Positions 14,317 through 27,270 of a DNA stretch of 64,000 nucleotides are shown in pieces. The position numbers and the translations under genes were made by a program. The stretch's first letter is position 1; each line of letters opens with the position of its first letter. The DNA lies in contig OX597820.1 in assembly GCA_951406725.2 (NCBI GenBank), positions 19,034,001-19,098,000 on the forward strand, in the 5' to 3' direction. The DNA is from Octopus vulgaris. Its lineage: Eukaryota. The notes beneath the pieces are model-generated. The model searched no databases. It had not been told where the DNA came from and saw nothing but the letters and a program-made list of their open reading frames with translations.

Positions 14317-14939
14317 CTTATTAAGAACTGCTGCTCACATGCATTGATGTTCACATGTGTTATTTGGCTTGGTTTCTATGAATGGATGCCTTCTCTATTG
14401 CCAACCAATTTACAGAGATTTACAAACGACTTGCTTGTGCAAGTGCCACCAACCGAAAGCCCCACATACCAAATGTCAGTAGGTTTCAAAGACCACCATA
14501 CCATTTTTTTGGAGTTGCAGGGAGCAGGGCTTCTTGATGGGTTTATAACACACTAATCCTTCACACCGATGTGAGGCCCCACCTACTGGATCAACTGACT
14601 TCTCTTTAACCATTTTCTCATGGCACCCACACAAGAGAGTTTGATAGATCCTCAAAAGGACAAGACTAACAGGACCTCATACACCTACAGTTTCCCTTCT
14701 CATTAGTCCTCTTCTTTATGGTGTACACCGGATGCATTTTTCAGAGCATCAACACCTGTGGGTGCGGCTTTCAACCGTGGCATGAACACAGGAAGAGAGT
14801 GCTTTGTACACCGTTAAATGCAAAGACTACTTAGTAACTCAAGATGGAGACCAAAGAGGGCAATTACAGTGGAAAGGCCAGAAATTGGAGGGTAGGAAGA
14901 ACAAGGGCAAAAGTGTAGAAAGTGCTCCATAATCTAGAG

Positions 14940-15140
14940 CAGTGGTTTTCAACCAGGGTTCCGCCAGTACAGTCCAGGGGTTCCGCAAGAAGTTACAAAA
15001 ATGCTAAAATCAGCAGTAATTTTTAATTCTCCTGTGCAGATATGTGTGCATAAAATTATTAAATTATTGCACAGGGGTTCCTTAAGCCAGTGGAATGTTT
15101 CTTTGGGGTTCCGCCCCAGCAAAATGTTTGAAAAGCACTG
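14940..15140. mobile_element. hAT-Charlie-like MITE 1
   Basis: CAGTGGTTTTCAA...TTGAAAAGCACTG termini; exact TSD ATCTAGAG on both sides. Confidence 0.85.
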
Positions 15141-15148
15141 ATCTAGAG

Positions 15149-15406
15149 CAATGGTTCTCAATTGGGGATCCATATGGCCCTTAGGGCTCCATATAAAATT
15201 TTGTTGTTAAAAATTTGTGCTATAAACTGGTTATGATTCTACAATTCACAAAATATGTTAACGCTTTCTCATATAGTCCTCTAATGATATTTAATCCTAA
15301 ACATCCAATAAGATTTTTTAAAAATATTGAATGGCCATAAGGGTCCACCTGAGTAAAATAGAAATCAAAGGGGTCCTTAGAAAAAAGAAATGGTTGAGAA
15401 TCACTG
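15149..15406. mobile_element. hAT-Charlie-like MITE 2
   Basis: CAATGGTTCTCAA...TTGAGAATCACTG termini; TSD ATCTAGAG / ATTTAGAG. Confidence 0.8.
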
Positions 15407-18400
15407 ATTTAGAGCATGTACATTTGCTCAGGGGGCCAAGGAGGGGAATGTTCCATTTGTAATTCTTCCATCAAAAATGCATAGTCTAAGGATGCAATAG
15501 TAACACTACATTGTGTACCTACAACATCCTTAGGCAGATAACCTGAAGGTGTTTGCCTTCTCTTCGCATATGGTTGGCTGTTAGTTTCTCTGTGGTATGA
15601 TTAGCAGTTGGATTCATCATCATCATCATCATCATCATTGTCATTTAATGTCCATTTTCTGTGCTGGCATGGGTTGGATGGCTTGAGAGGAGCTGGCAAG
15701 ACCAGGTGCCACCCCAAGTTCCATAGTCTGTTTTGGCTTGATTTCTACGGCTGGATGCCCTTCTTAATACCAACCACTTTACAGAGTGTATTGGGTGCTT
15801 TTTATGTGGCACCAGCACCAGTGTGTCTCTGTATGCCTCCGCCACCATTTGACATTTGATATTGGTTTGTTTACATCCTTGTAGCTTAGCATTTTAGCAG
15901 AAAAAAAAGAGACTAATAAAGTAAGTAGTAGACTTTAAAAAAAATTAGAACTGGGGTGGAGGTGGGTTTCTATTTGTTCCACTAAAACCCTTCAGGGCAG
16001 TCCCCGGTGGGGTGGGGTGGGGTTTTGATTTGTTCCACTAAAACCCTTCAGGGCAGTACCCCAGCATAGCTGCAGTCGAATAACGGAACCAAATAAAAGA
16101 CTAAGATCTTCATTAAAATCTCGAGTATTGAATTGAAACTAACATGATGTTTTTATGTTATGTAAGGATGGTGGTGGTGGTTGTAGAGGGGGGGCAAACC
16201 TTCTTTAATAGAGTTTAGCATCATATTCATTGGGAAGCACGCTTCTTGTAATTCCATGTGTAATCTGAGATAAGCCAAGAACCTCGAGTTGAAAACCTGA
16301 TGTATGTAAAACGAAAATTTAAGTTAAACCAGCGACCTTCGGGTCAGCATTCTAATACTTGAACCACTTAACCACATTTTTATGACTGCACAACTAATTG
16401 ATACCGTAATCACTAGTGCTTATCAGATTACTAAAAGTTAAGGCAAAAACATAGGTAGGCACATAATTAAATGACCATTTGGGAAACATAATCTGAAGGG
16501 CTGTCGGTAGCTGTAACTCTTAACCTACTTGGGATTGAGTGAGCAGAGACTGAACAAAACTCATGCAGCGCTTCATGTTTTTCTTGCATTTGCTAAATAT
16601 CATTTCTTTGCCAGGTGTACTTTGTCTGTTACAAGAGCCTGATATGCATTAGTTTGTCTTTAACTCTCAAGAGCATAGCTTCTATTCATATTTATTAACC
16701 GCTGTGAAAACTAAGTAACTGAACTTGCCTGTTAATAAGCAGCCTTAAAATCAAGTAGTCAAGTACTTAATAGGGAGTCAAAACCTACTTAGTTACGTTT
16801 TGGAGTATCTCATGGCTCTTGGGAGGAAGATAGGCCTTCTTGTCTCCTTTAAGCAAAGTTTAAACTGAAATACTTCTAGTAGAAGTAACTGTAGATGATT
16901 CTGCATAGCATGTACCAACTTATGTACATGCTATGTGAAGGAGATCTTGGAAGATGGGAGGAGGGTAGAGATGGGTTTTTTTCTTGAAATGAATAATGCT
17001 TCTATTTATTTATTTATTTATTGGAATCATTAAATATTGCCAGATGTTACAGTAATTGTTGCTTCAGAAATATTGTTCAATTTACCACTCTAGTGTAGTT
17101 TAGATTTTGCAGCATGTGACCGACATCGAGACGGGTTTCCCAAATATTTGTCGATCTTGGTAACCAGATATAAGATTTATAAAAAAAAAAAAAAATTGTG
17201 TTTTCTCTAACATAAGTGCTGTTCCCAGAACTTGGCGGTACCATTATTTAGTGAAACTGAATTCTTAGCCAAGCAGAAAGTGGATAGTATCTTGATATAT
17301 AAAATGCTAGGTCACATGTTATTTTATTTATTTATTTGTTTGTTGATGTTTGGTTGCTTGGTTGGGTCCTTCTTTCTGTCTCACTGTAACGAGAAAGTAG
17401 TGGCTATGTTGAGAGAGGTGAAATAGATAGATAGATAGATAGACAGACAGATAGATAGATAGGGAGAGAGAGAGAAGTATTATAAGGAGCAGTAAGTTAA
17501 CCATTTTGTTACCAGATTTGTTGAAATTCACTGCCCTTGTTTCAATAAATTTTGGGGGGAAAAGTGCAACTTATATGCCATAAAATACAGTGCAACAAAG
17601 GCAAATGTAAGAGGAATTGAAAAGAAACCGTAAAGCCAGATTTCAGAATATTAGATTTCATTAGAGAAATGACACTAGACTGGAATATTTTGAAACCTAC
17701 TGTAATATAGTCTATGTTTTATAACCCATGGCTGCACAAAAATAAATGAATAAAGAGGTAAAAGCCACGATGATGGTGGTGATGAACTTAACTCTACCAG
17801 AGATACTGTATTATTTCATTTTGAAACATGCCCTTCCGTCTGTAGCCTGTATACATTTACCAATTCTATCATTGTATGAATGTAATAAGCAGTTTATGTT
17901 TTTCTGATTGTCTTGAAACAACTGTTTGTTGTTATTATCTAGTAAAACAAAAAGCCGTCTAGACAGGCGAGCAGATAAATCAATGCAAGCCTCTTGATAA
18001 TGCCAGAGACAATTGTAGTTTGATTGCATATGTCTAATCATTTTTGATGTCAAAAAGCTACCTTCCCCCTCCCCGTTCCCCCTCCCCTCGAATCACAGAA
18101 GACTAGGAAACTAACTGATTTTCATTCTGAAATTGGATGAACGTTATTCTGCATAAAATTTTAAAATTTGTTCATTATTATTTTTCATGAAATGCCAGGT
18201 CTCAAATATGATTTATATATGTAATTAGAGACACTCTTCACCATTGTTTTACACTAGTCTCCCTCCCTCTCTCTCTCTCTAGTGCTCGGATATAGTTTGC
18301 CCATGATTAAAATCATACTAATAGTATTGTGAATTATTCTGTGTTTGTGAAAGGGGGGAGGTTGCTCCATCTGATCTATTGGTGGTTTAATTTTTGTGTA

Positions 18401-18560
18401 TGTATGTATGTATGTATATGTATGTGTGAGTTTGTGAGATTGGAATCGGTTGACTAGCAATTAAACCTACATTAAGTAATGGGTCACATGATGCTTTTTC
18501 TGCTTCAACTTGCAAAGTTATTAAGAGAAGCTGGAATATTATTTTGTATAAAATCTTTCC

Positions 18561-18940
18561 GGGAGTGGCTGTGTGGTAAGTAGCTTGCTTACCAACCACA
18601 TGGTTCCGGGTTCAGTCCCACTGCGTGGCACCTCAGGCAAGTGCATTCTATTATAGCCTCTGGTCGACCAAAGCCTTGTGAGTGAATCTGTTAGACAGAA
18701 ACTGAAAGAAGCCTGTCGTATATATGTGTGTGTATATATATATATATGTGTGTGTGTATATGTTTGTGTGTCTGTGTTTGTCCCCCCAACATCGCTTGAC
18801 AACTGGTGTGTTTACATCCCCGTAACTTAGCAGTTCGGCAACAGAGACCGATAGAACAAGTACTAGGCTTACAAAGAATAAGTCCTGGGATTGATTTGGT
18901 CAACTAAAGGCAGTGCTCCAGCATGGCCACAGTCAAATGA
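18561..18940 (+). mobile_element. SINE-A
   Basis: Colinear with 31700-32094. Confidence 0.9.
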
Positions 18941-19074
18941 TTCTCCACTTGAGAATCACAATTCATAACAGAGTTTGTCGTTGCAGACGTACAATGTAAA
19001 ATAGAAATCAAAATAGATAAGAACTAATACGGGCAGTTTTGATGGAGCAAGAAGTGCTATGCTATATTTTTGAG

Positions 19075-19412
19075 AGCATGAGACACAAACAGAAAAGGGA
19101 ATGGACTATGCTTGGCATCACATTGCAGGACAAGAAAACCAACACCTGGATTCCACAGCACAGAAAAGTCAGTGACATCACAAGATCCATCAAAGAGAAC
19201 AAATATATAAATGGGCTGGCCACATCATGCGGCTGAGGGACAATAGATGGACAATCAGGCGGATGGAATGTACACCAAGACTATGGACAAGATCAAAAAG
19301 TTGACCAAAGACAAGATGGTGAGATGATCTCACCCACTACCTGGGGCCTACATGGCTACGACTGACCAGAGACAGATAGTGGTAGAAAGAGTCCAAGAAG
19401 GGTTCCTCCTTT
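19075..19412 (+). pseudogene. Decayed C-terminal fragment of a second, unrelated RTE family
   Basis: MLGITLQDKKTNTWI...KWAGHIMRLRDNRWT...PKTRW*DD with stops and frameshifts; typical RTE C-terminus. Confidence 0.8.
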
Positions 19413-20219
19413 AGTAGTAATATGTTTCTTTATTGCCCACAAGGAGCTAAACATAGAGGGGACAAACAAGGACAGACAAATGGATTCAGTCAATGACATC
19501 GACCCCAGTGCATAACTGGTACTTAATTTATCGACCCCGAAAGGATGAAAGGCAAAGTCGACCTCGGTGGAATTTGAACTCAGAACGTAATGGCAGATGA
19601 AATATGGCTACACATTTCGCCCGGTGTGCCAATGTTTCTGCCAGCTCACCACCTTCAGCAGTAATAAAGCCCTGGGTAAGGACGAGGATGAAACACACAC
19701 ACACACACACACGACAAGCTTCTTTCAGTTTCTGTCTATCAAATTTGTTCACAAGGTTTTGGTCAGTTTAGAGCTATAGAAGAAAGCGCTTGGCTTGCAA
19801 AGTGCCACAGGGGAGGATTGAAACTGAAACCACAAAGCGAGAAAACAAGCTCCTTAACCACACAACCATGCCTGTATCTTTTTAAATAATCAATGAAAAT
19901 TTGTTGAAAATAGAAATAAGATAAAAATTTAACTTTCAATAATAAATGAATTTCAAAGGACTTGAATTGGTCAATTTATTAAATTTATTTATGAAATTAG
20001 CTAATAGTCAATTTAAACCATTTTCGTATGATGGCCTTCTTTCATACAATTTATGTATTGCTAATCATTATTTCAAAGTGTTATTTCACTAATTGAGAAT
20101 TATTAAAGAGCAGAATCCTTTGTAGATTTTGTCAAAATATATATTTTCAGTACGAAAATAAAGCTCTACGTGAATTTCATATATATAAATTTATATTTAT
20201 ATATATTATATATATATGT

Positions 20220-20296
<77 letters not shown>

Positions 20297-20357
20297 CACA
20301 CACACACATATTATATACCATGTATATATTTATATATTATATATACATGTTTTTATT

Positions 20358-20395
<38 letters not shown>

Positions 20396-20474
20396 TTTAT
20401 TATCATTCATATATATATATATATATATACATACATATATATGTACTATATATCATGTATGTATGTATGTATGC

Positions 20475-20509
<35 letters not shown>

Positions 20510-20545
20510 CATATATATGTACTATATATCATGTATGTATGCATG

Positions 20546-20576
<31 letters not shown>

Positions 20577-21406
20577 GTACTATATATCATATATATGTAC
20601 ATATATGTATATATACATATATAGAGAGAAATATGTTAATGTTATTTTTATGTCAACTTATATATAAAAGATAAAAATACATTTTAATGGAGTTCAGATT
20701 TAATACTTTTCACAAGGAAACCACTGACAGTGAGTTCGAATTTTCAGCTTCTTTCATTCTGACAGCAAGTAAGCCAAAACTTCACAACCACTGTTACCCT
20801 TTTCTTTGCATGTGTATGTGTAAGTTGTAATAGTAGTTATATTTTCTATTATATTTTACACAGGCCTGAAACATATGTTTTGAATGATTTCAAAATATCA
20901 CTATTTGGTTTGATTTCATTATTACAACTTATATATATGTTGATGCCAGGACAAACTAGCTGGTTCCGATTCTCCTTATGGAGATAACGTGGCACTCTGT
21001 CGGTTGCGACGATAAGGGTTCCAGTTGATCCAATCAACGGAACAGCCTGCTCATGACTGATCCCTTCACAGACACATGTACCCTTAAAGTAGTTCTCGGG
21101 GAGATTCAGTGTGACACAGAGTGTGACAAGGCTGGCTCTTTGAAGTACAGGTACAACAGAAACAGGAAGAAACAGCGAGAGAAAGCTGTGGTGAAAGTGT
21201 ACAGCAGGGATCGCCACCAACGGAGCCGCGTGGAGATTTAGGTGTTTTTGCTCAATAAACACTCGCAACACCCAGTCTGGGAATCAAAACTGTGATCCTA
21301 CAACTGCGAGTCCGCTGCCTTAACCACTGGGCCATTGTGCCTCTACTATGAGGATACACTAATAATGATTTGGAGTAGTTTGTTTTATGTATCTATCTAT
21401 CTATAT

Positions 21407-21486
<80 letters not shown>

Positions 21487-23148
21487 ATACATACACATAT
21501 ATATATGATTACCCCAAGGTGGAGGTATAGAAAAAAGATGTTGGAAATGCACTAGAATTCCTTAAGATTTTGTATCTTTTACTATTGAAAGACTTAACCA
21601 GCAATTTTGGTAAATATATCTGTTAAAATGAGATGCTGGTGTTATTTTTATTTTTGTGTAATTTAGATGAAAGTTTATTCACCGCACCCTGTATACACAA
21701 AGATATTTGTTTTTATATATATATGTATGTATTGGTATTTAGTAAGGGATTTCTCCCTTACTGACTTTTTTAAAAATTGACTGCTTAGTTTATAATTACA
21801 AAGTAATTCCCCCTCTCCAAAATGATTTGTGCTTTTTGGCTAGAATGTAAGCTTGTTACAGCTTTAGGCTATTACTCTTGCTCATTCATTGTTAAAAAAT
21901 ACACATTTCTTACTTCTTTATTGCCCACAAGGGGCTAAACACAGAGAGGACAAACAAGGACAGACAAAGAGATTAAGTCGATTACATCAACCCCAGTGTG
22001 TAACTGGTACTTAATTTATCGACACCAAAAGGATGAAAGGCAAAGTCGACCTCGGCGGAATTTGAACTCACAACGTAACGGCAGACGAAATACCGCTAAG
22101 CATTTCGTCTGGCGTGCTTATGATTCTGCCAGCTCGCCGCCTTAAAGATGCACATTTCTTGTTGGTTCTATTAACTTGTAATATGATGTTTAGTATCCAA
22201 GCACAATTTCTTAGTTTTGAGGCTTGATTGTGTAATTGTGTGATATACTTGCTCCTCATTGCTTTAGAAAGAAAGTTTATAAAAACAAGATGTAAGAAAA
22301 CAGTAAGCAAACTCATGTAAACAAGGGGCAACTTGTTGAAGACTCAAACATTAATATTTTATTTGTATATGTAGATCTTGTTGAGTAACATTAACAGCTA
22401 TTCAAATGCGCACAGTTGGTGCATCTTTCCTGTTTGTATGATAAGTTTCCGATGCGAGTACGAAATGTTTTTTTTTTTTATGATTCCAACAAATGCACTC
22501 TCCTCTTCATGTTTTGTTTTTTCAATGTTACCATGATAAATATATACCTGGTGCAACGTCAGCTTTTAGGAATGCAGTAAATATAATAATCCATTTGGCT
22601 TGTTGTTGAAGTTAGTTTTCGTATCAAGCTACAAAAATGATAGAGTATTAGATGTACTGATTAACTGGTATGTTTTTCTCAAAACACTTTCTAGCTCATG
22701 TTACAAAAAAATACCTTTGTAAAATTTGGTTAAACATCAATTAGTATCTGTTTTACTGTATAGTTTTATAACCTGCAATGTTTTGTTTAGATTCTGCTGG
22801 ATTTTGACTGTATTATAAGCTAAATTTTTCACTAAAATATTTTTCAGCGGTTAACATCATCATTACCACTATTTAACATCTATTCTCCATACTGGCATAG
22901 GTTGGAATGATTCGAGAGGGCCTAGTGAGCCAGAGGTTTGTGCTGAGTTCCAATGCCTACTTTGGAATGGTTTCTACTACTAGATGCTCTTCCTAATGCC
23001 AGCCACTTTACAGAGTGTACTGGGTGCTTTTTACAGGGTCATTGGCTCCAGTGAGGTCACAAAGTAACTTGTAAGACAAGAAGATCCCTCAACTTGGGGT
23101 TGGGGTATGGAGGGAAGTGGCTTTATGCCAGGTTATGAGATACTAAAA

Positions 23149-23850
23149 TTGAGGGAACCTGTGGAAGAGGTAGACCCAGGAAGACCTGGGATGAGGTGGT
23201 GAAGCATGACCTTCGAACTTTAGGCCTCACCGAGGCAATGACCAGTGACCGAGACTTTTTGAAATATGCTGTGCTTGAGAAGACCCGGCAAGCCAAGTGA
23301 GACCATAACCTTGTGGCCTAAGCCAGGGGTGTAACCAGCCCACTTATGTGTACATTCCCTTCATTGGACACTAAACTCTGCTTGCAAAGACCTGTTGAGG
23401 CAAGTGAAACCGAAATCGAAATCAAATTCGATGACTGGCATCCGTGCTAGTGGAGCACTAAGAGCACTATCCGAGTGTGATTGTTGCAAGAGCGGCTAAC
23501 TGGCGTTTGTGGCAGTGGCACGTAAAAAGCATCATTTGAGCATGATCGTTACCAGCCTCGCCTTACTGGCACTTGTGCCGGTGACATGTAAAAAAAAACA
23601 AAACAAAAAACGATTTTTTTTGTGGCCGTTGCCAGTACTGCCTGACTGGCCCTCATGCCGGTAGCATGTAAAAGCACGCACTACACTCTTGGAGTGGTTG
23701 GCATTAGGAAGGGCATGCAGCTGTAGAAATTCTGCCAGATCAAGATTGGAGCCTGGTGCAGCCATCTGGTTCACCAATGCTCAGTCAAATCATCCAACCC
23801 ATGCTAGCATGGAAAGCGGACCTTAAATGATGATGATGATGATGATGATG
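23149..23850 (+). mobile_element. 3' fragment of a sister RTE subfamily
   Basis: Encodes [35 protein letters not shown], close to the end of the 27271 ORF; related but different 3' UTR; (GAT)n tail. Confidence 0.9.
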
Positions 23851-24807
23851 TGAATAAATAAGCATCCCATTTAACAGAGTAATCTAAATGCTAAAGGGTT
23901 AAACACCCTGTCCTCAATGTTATTCCTATTTAGACTTTTCTCTTCCTCAACGATTCACATTCCTGCTGAAAATTTCATTTACATTTACACTAGCAATTAC
24001 CTAAAAATATATTTTCTTCCTTCTGCAAAAACATGACACAGAAAACATCATCATTGGTATTTCAGAACAATATCTGAATAGAATTCCAGCAAATTTGCTT
24101 ACATATGACTAAGTGAATTTAAATTTCCCCATGAGAGAACTTCAAAACTCTAAGATCTTACCTAGGAAAAGTCGCCGTTCATCTCAAAATGCATTTTTGT
24201 GCAATATGCGCATGTATGTGTGCTTGTATTTTTCATTAAATACTAATCTTCACAGATGTATGACAAGGAACTTTCGTAAAGCTACATTCCTAATTTAAAA
24301 TTCCACCAAATTGTCTGTGTGTTCAATATCTATTATCTACCACACCTGAAATTCTATAAGCGGAATTCATCTGCAATTCACAGGAAAAAAAACAAAACAA
24401 CAAAACAAGCCACAACAATGAAAATAAAACGATGTTCTAATATATTTCATTTCATATATTTGAATGGAATTCTTTCGGTCCTCTATTGAACCAAGCCGAA
24501 TCCTAAATAGCACTTTATTCTTTGAGATAAAGCTGTAAATGAAAACATTAGCCCATAAACCTTTTTTTAAACATTTTTAACATTACCAATCAATTTCATC
24601 AAAAAAAAAAAATAATAATAAATAAATAAATAAATAAAGACATTTCTTTTGTTTTGTCTTCCTTTTTATTTTATTATCAGCAATTTTCCTTTGAAATGTT
24701 CAACAAAACACACAGCATCAGAAAACAACAATAAAATTCTCCAATTCATTATAATTCACCGTTACTGCCAAAAGTCACATACTGTGTCTTTACCTAACCA
24801 TTTACCA

Positions 24808-25194
24808 TTAACCCATTAGCATTTAAACTGGCCAAATTTGGCCAAAATATTCTGGACATAGTTGTTTAGTTGTTCTAAATCAACTTTCCTCAAATAGACC
24901 TATGATCAAGAGTATTCCAACTGCGACCATCCTGTCTTAACCCATTAGCATTTAAACTGGCCAAATTTGGCCAAAATATTCTGGACATAGTTGCCTAGTT
25001 GTTCTAAATCAACTTTCCTCCAATAGACCTATGATCAAGAGTATTCCAACTGCAACCATCCTGTCTTAACCCATTAGCATTTAAACTGGCCAAAATTGGC
25101 CAAAATATTCCAGACATAGTTGTCTAGTTGTTCTAAATCAACTTTCCTCAAATTGACCTATGATCAAGGGTATTCCAGCTGTGACAATCCTGTC
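24808..25194. repeat. Tandem array, 3 x 129 bp
   Basis: Units start with TTAACCCATTAGCATTTAAACTGGCC at 24808, 24937 and 25066. Confidence 0.95.
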
Positions 25195-25597
25195 TTTTAT
25201 AGGGGTGCTTAGAACTGTAATATTTAATGTGTCTGTTCCTTAATCAAAATAGCCGGCTGTGTGTTAACCTGTTAGCATTCAAACCAGCTGTATTGGGTCA
25301 AAATATTTAATCTGTTTTATGTTGAACCTGGTCAGATCAGGCCTTTCACTTCAAGGCAAACAAAGAGGTGTCTAGCAACAGCAGTGGAATTGCTAAATCT
25401 AGATTTTTGTGTCTTTGCGAATCATCATCAGCAATTATCCACTATCAGTCACATGCTTAAACAAATTTCTCTTCTGTTGATATTGAAAAACAGTGATTCA
25501 TAAATCACTGGTGTCACAAACAACTGGCAAGCTGGGTAAATATTTTGTTATTAGCAATGGGTTTGACATTCCCTTGTCCCACTTAACCATTTTTATA

Positions 25598-26224
25598 TCC
25601 TTCTGCATTCAAATTTCTTTGTCAAATGTATTGCTTATTTATTCACATTGCTTTGAATTAATCACGCATTATCTCACAGCTTCAAGATTTCAGTGGTGTA
25701 CTCTTTTACTCTTTTACTTGTTTCAGTCATTTTGACTGTGGCCATGCTGGAGCACTGCCTTTAGTCGAGCAAATCGAACCCAGGACTTATTCTTTGTAAG
25801 CCTAGTACTTATTGTATTGGTCTCTTTTGCCGAACCACTAAGTTACGGGGACGTAAACACACCAGCATCGGTTGGTTGTCAAGTGATGTTGGGGAGACAA
25901 ACACAGACATACAAACACACACACACACACACATGTATATATACATATATACGACGGGCTTCTTTTAGTTTCCGTCTACCAAATCCACTCACAAGGCTTT
26001 GGTCGGCCTGAGGCTATAGTAGAAGACACTTGCTCAAGGTGCCACGCAGAGCCATGTGGTTGGTAAGCAAGCTACTTACCACACAGCCACTCCTACACCT
26101 AGGTGTGTTTGTATATTTTTAGAATGACATTGTTGGGTAGGTGTGAGAGGCTGGATCCAATCAGTTTTAACATGAGCCAGGTAGAATATTTGGGCTGGAT
26201 GTGGCCAGATTAAATATTAAAGGG
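25598..26224. mobile_element. Family D MITE interrupted by a SINE-A (25699-26100, minus strand)
   Basis: Right end AAAGGG-TTAA intact; GGTGT duplicated around the SINE; left end diverged. Confidence 0.65.
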
Positions 26225-26529
26225 TTAAATGTAGTGAGACAGTGATTGGCCTATCAGAAACCTGTAACTATTGATGTCCTTGTCCACAAAATGCATGATA
26301 TAAATATCTAGAAATTGAAAAAAGAATCCTCGGCTTACAGATATAAACATTTTCACTAATATTTTCTTTAAAATGAACAAATATAAATATGGCTTTGAAA
26401 ATATTTATATTTTCAAATATATATATATTTCAAAATATATTTCATATTTTGCAAATATATATTTTAAAATACATTTTATATTTGCAAATGGTGCTAGAGT
26501 GATCAATATAGTGACCACTCTCTTATATT

Positions 26530-26635
26530 TATTTTAAAATTCATATATATTTGCAAATATATATTTTAAAATTCATATATATTTGCAAATATATATTTTA
26601 AAATTTATATATATTTGCAAATATATATATATTTT
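26530..26635. repeat. 3 x 32-bp AT-rich tandem repeat with an internal 18-bp palindrome
   Basis: ATATATTTGCAAATATAT recurring with TTGCAA at 26551, 26583 and 26615. Confidence 0.85.
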
Positions 26636-26771
26636 ATATTCTCAATATATATTTTGTATTTTTGAAAAAATATTTCGTATTTTCAATGAGAATAAAATAA
26701 TTTATTTTAGAATTGAATGACAAATAAAAGTTGGTTCATTACATTTTCCCCTGTTTTTTCTTCTATTCCAG

Positions 26772-26866
26772 TAGGATATTTTGCAGGAAAAGACCAAAAG
26801 TAAAAGAATAAAAATATGAACGAAAAATTATAATAATGGATGGATTATTGGCGTGTATTTTTGTAG
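26772..26866 (+). other. Candidate exon (5' UTR plus MDGLLACIFV, phase-1 donor)
   Basis: Long pyrimidine tract and CAG acceptor, TAG|GTAAGG donor, ATG at 26836, non-repetitive sequence. No transcript evidence. Confidence 0.35.
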
Positions 26867-27200
26867 GTAAGGTATCTTGTTATTTCTACAGAATGCATAT
26901 ATACTAATTCAGAATCATAAGTTTTTCTTTTAAGCATACATTTCTTCTGCTTTCTTTCTTTCACCAAACATATTAGAAGATTTTAGCCAAGCTGCTCAGA
27001 TAAGATAAAAGTTGTTGCGTTCATGTGTTCTTGCATTCTTCTTCTTCTTCTTCTTTTGTTGTTGATGTAAAGATGAACAAAGCCATGATATTCCTAAAGT
27101 ACCTGTAACCTATTGGCTCTGCACGGCTTTCACAATGTCCAAATACATTAGTCCTATATATATATATATATATATATGTATATACACACATACATATATG

Positions 27201-27270
<70 letters not shown>

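Noticed and set aside
17232-17426. Hydrophobic, signal-like ORF
   Set aside because: Hydrophobicity derives from (TTTA)/(TTGG) simple repeats.
24808-25194. CRISPR-like appearance of the regular arrays (also 33001-33509 and 40925-41350)
   Set aside because: Whole units repeat with no unique spacers, there are no cas genes, and the context is eukaryotic.
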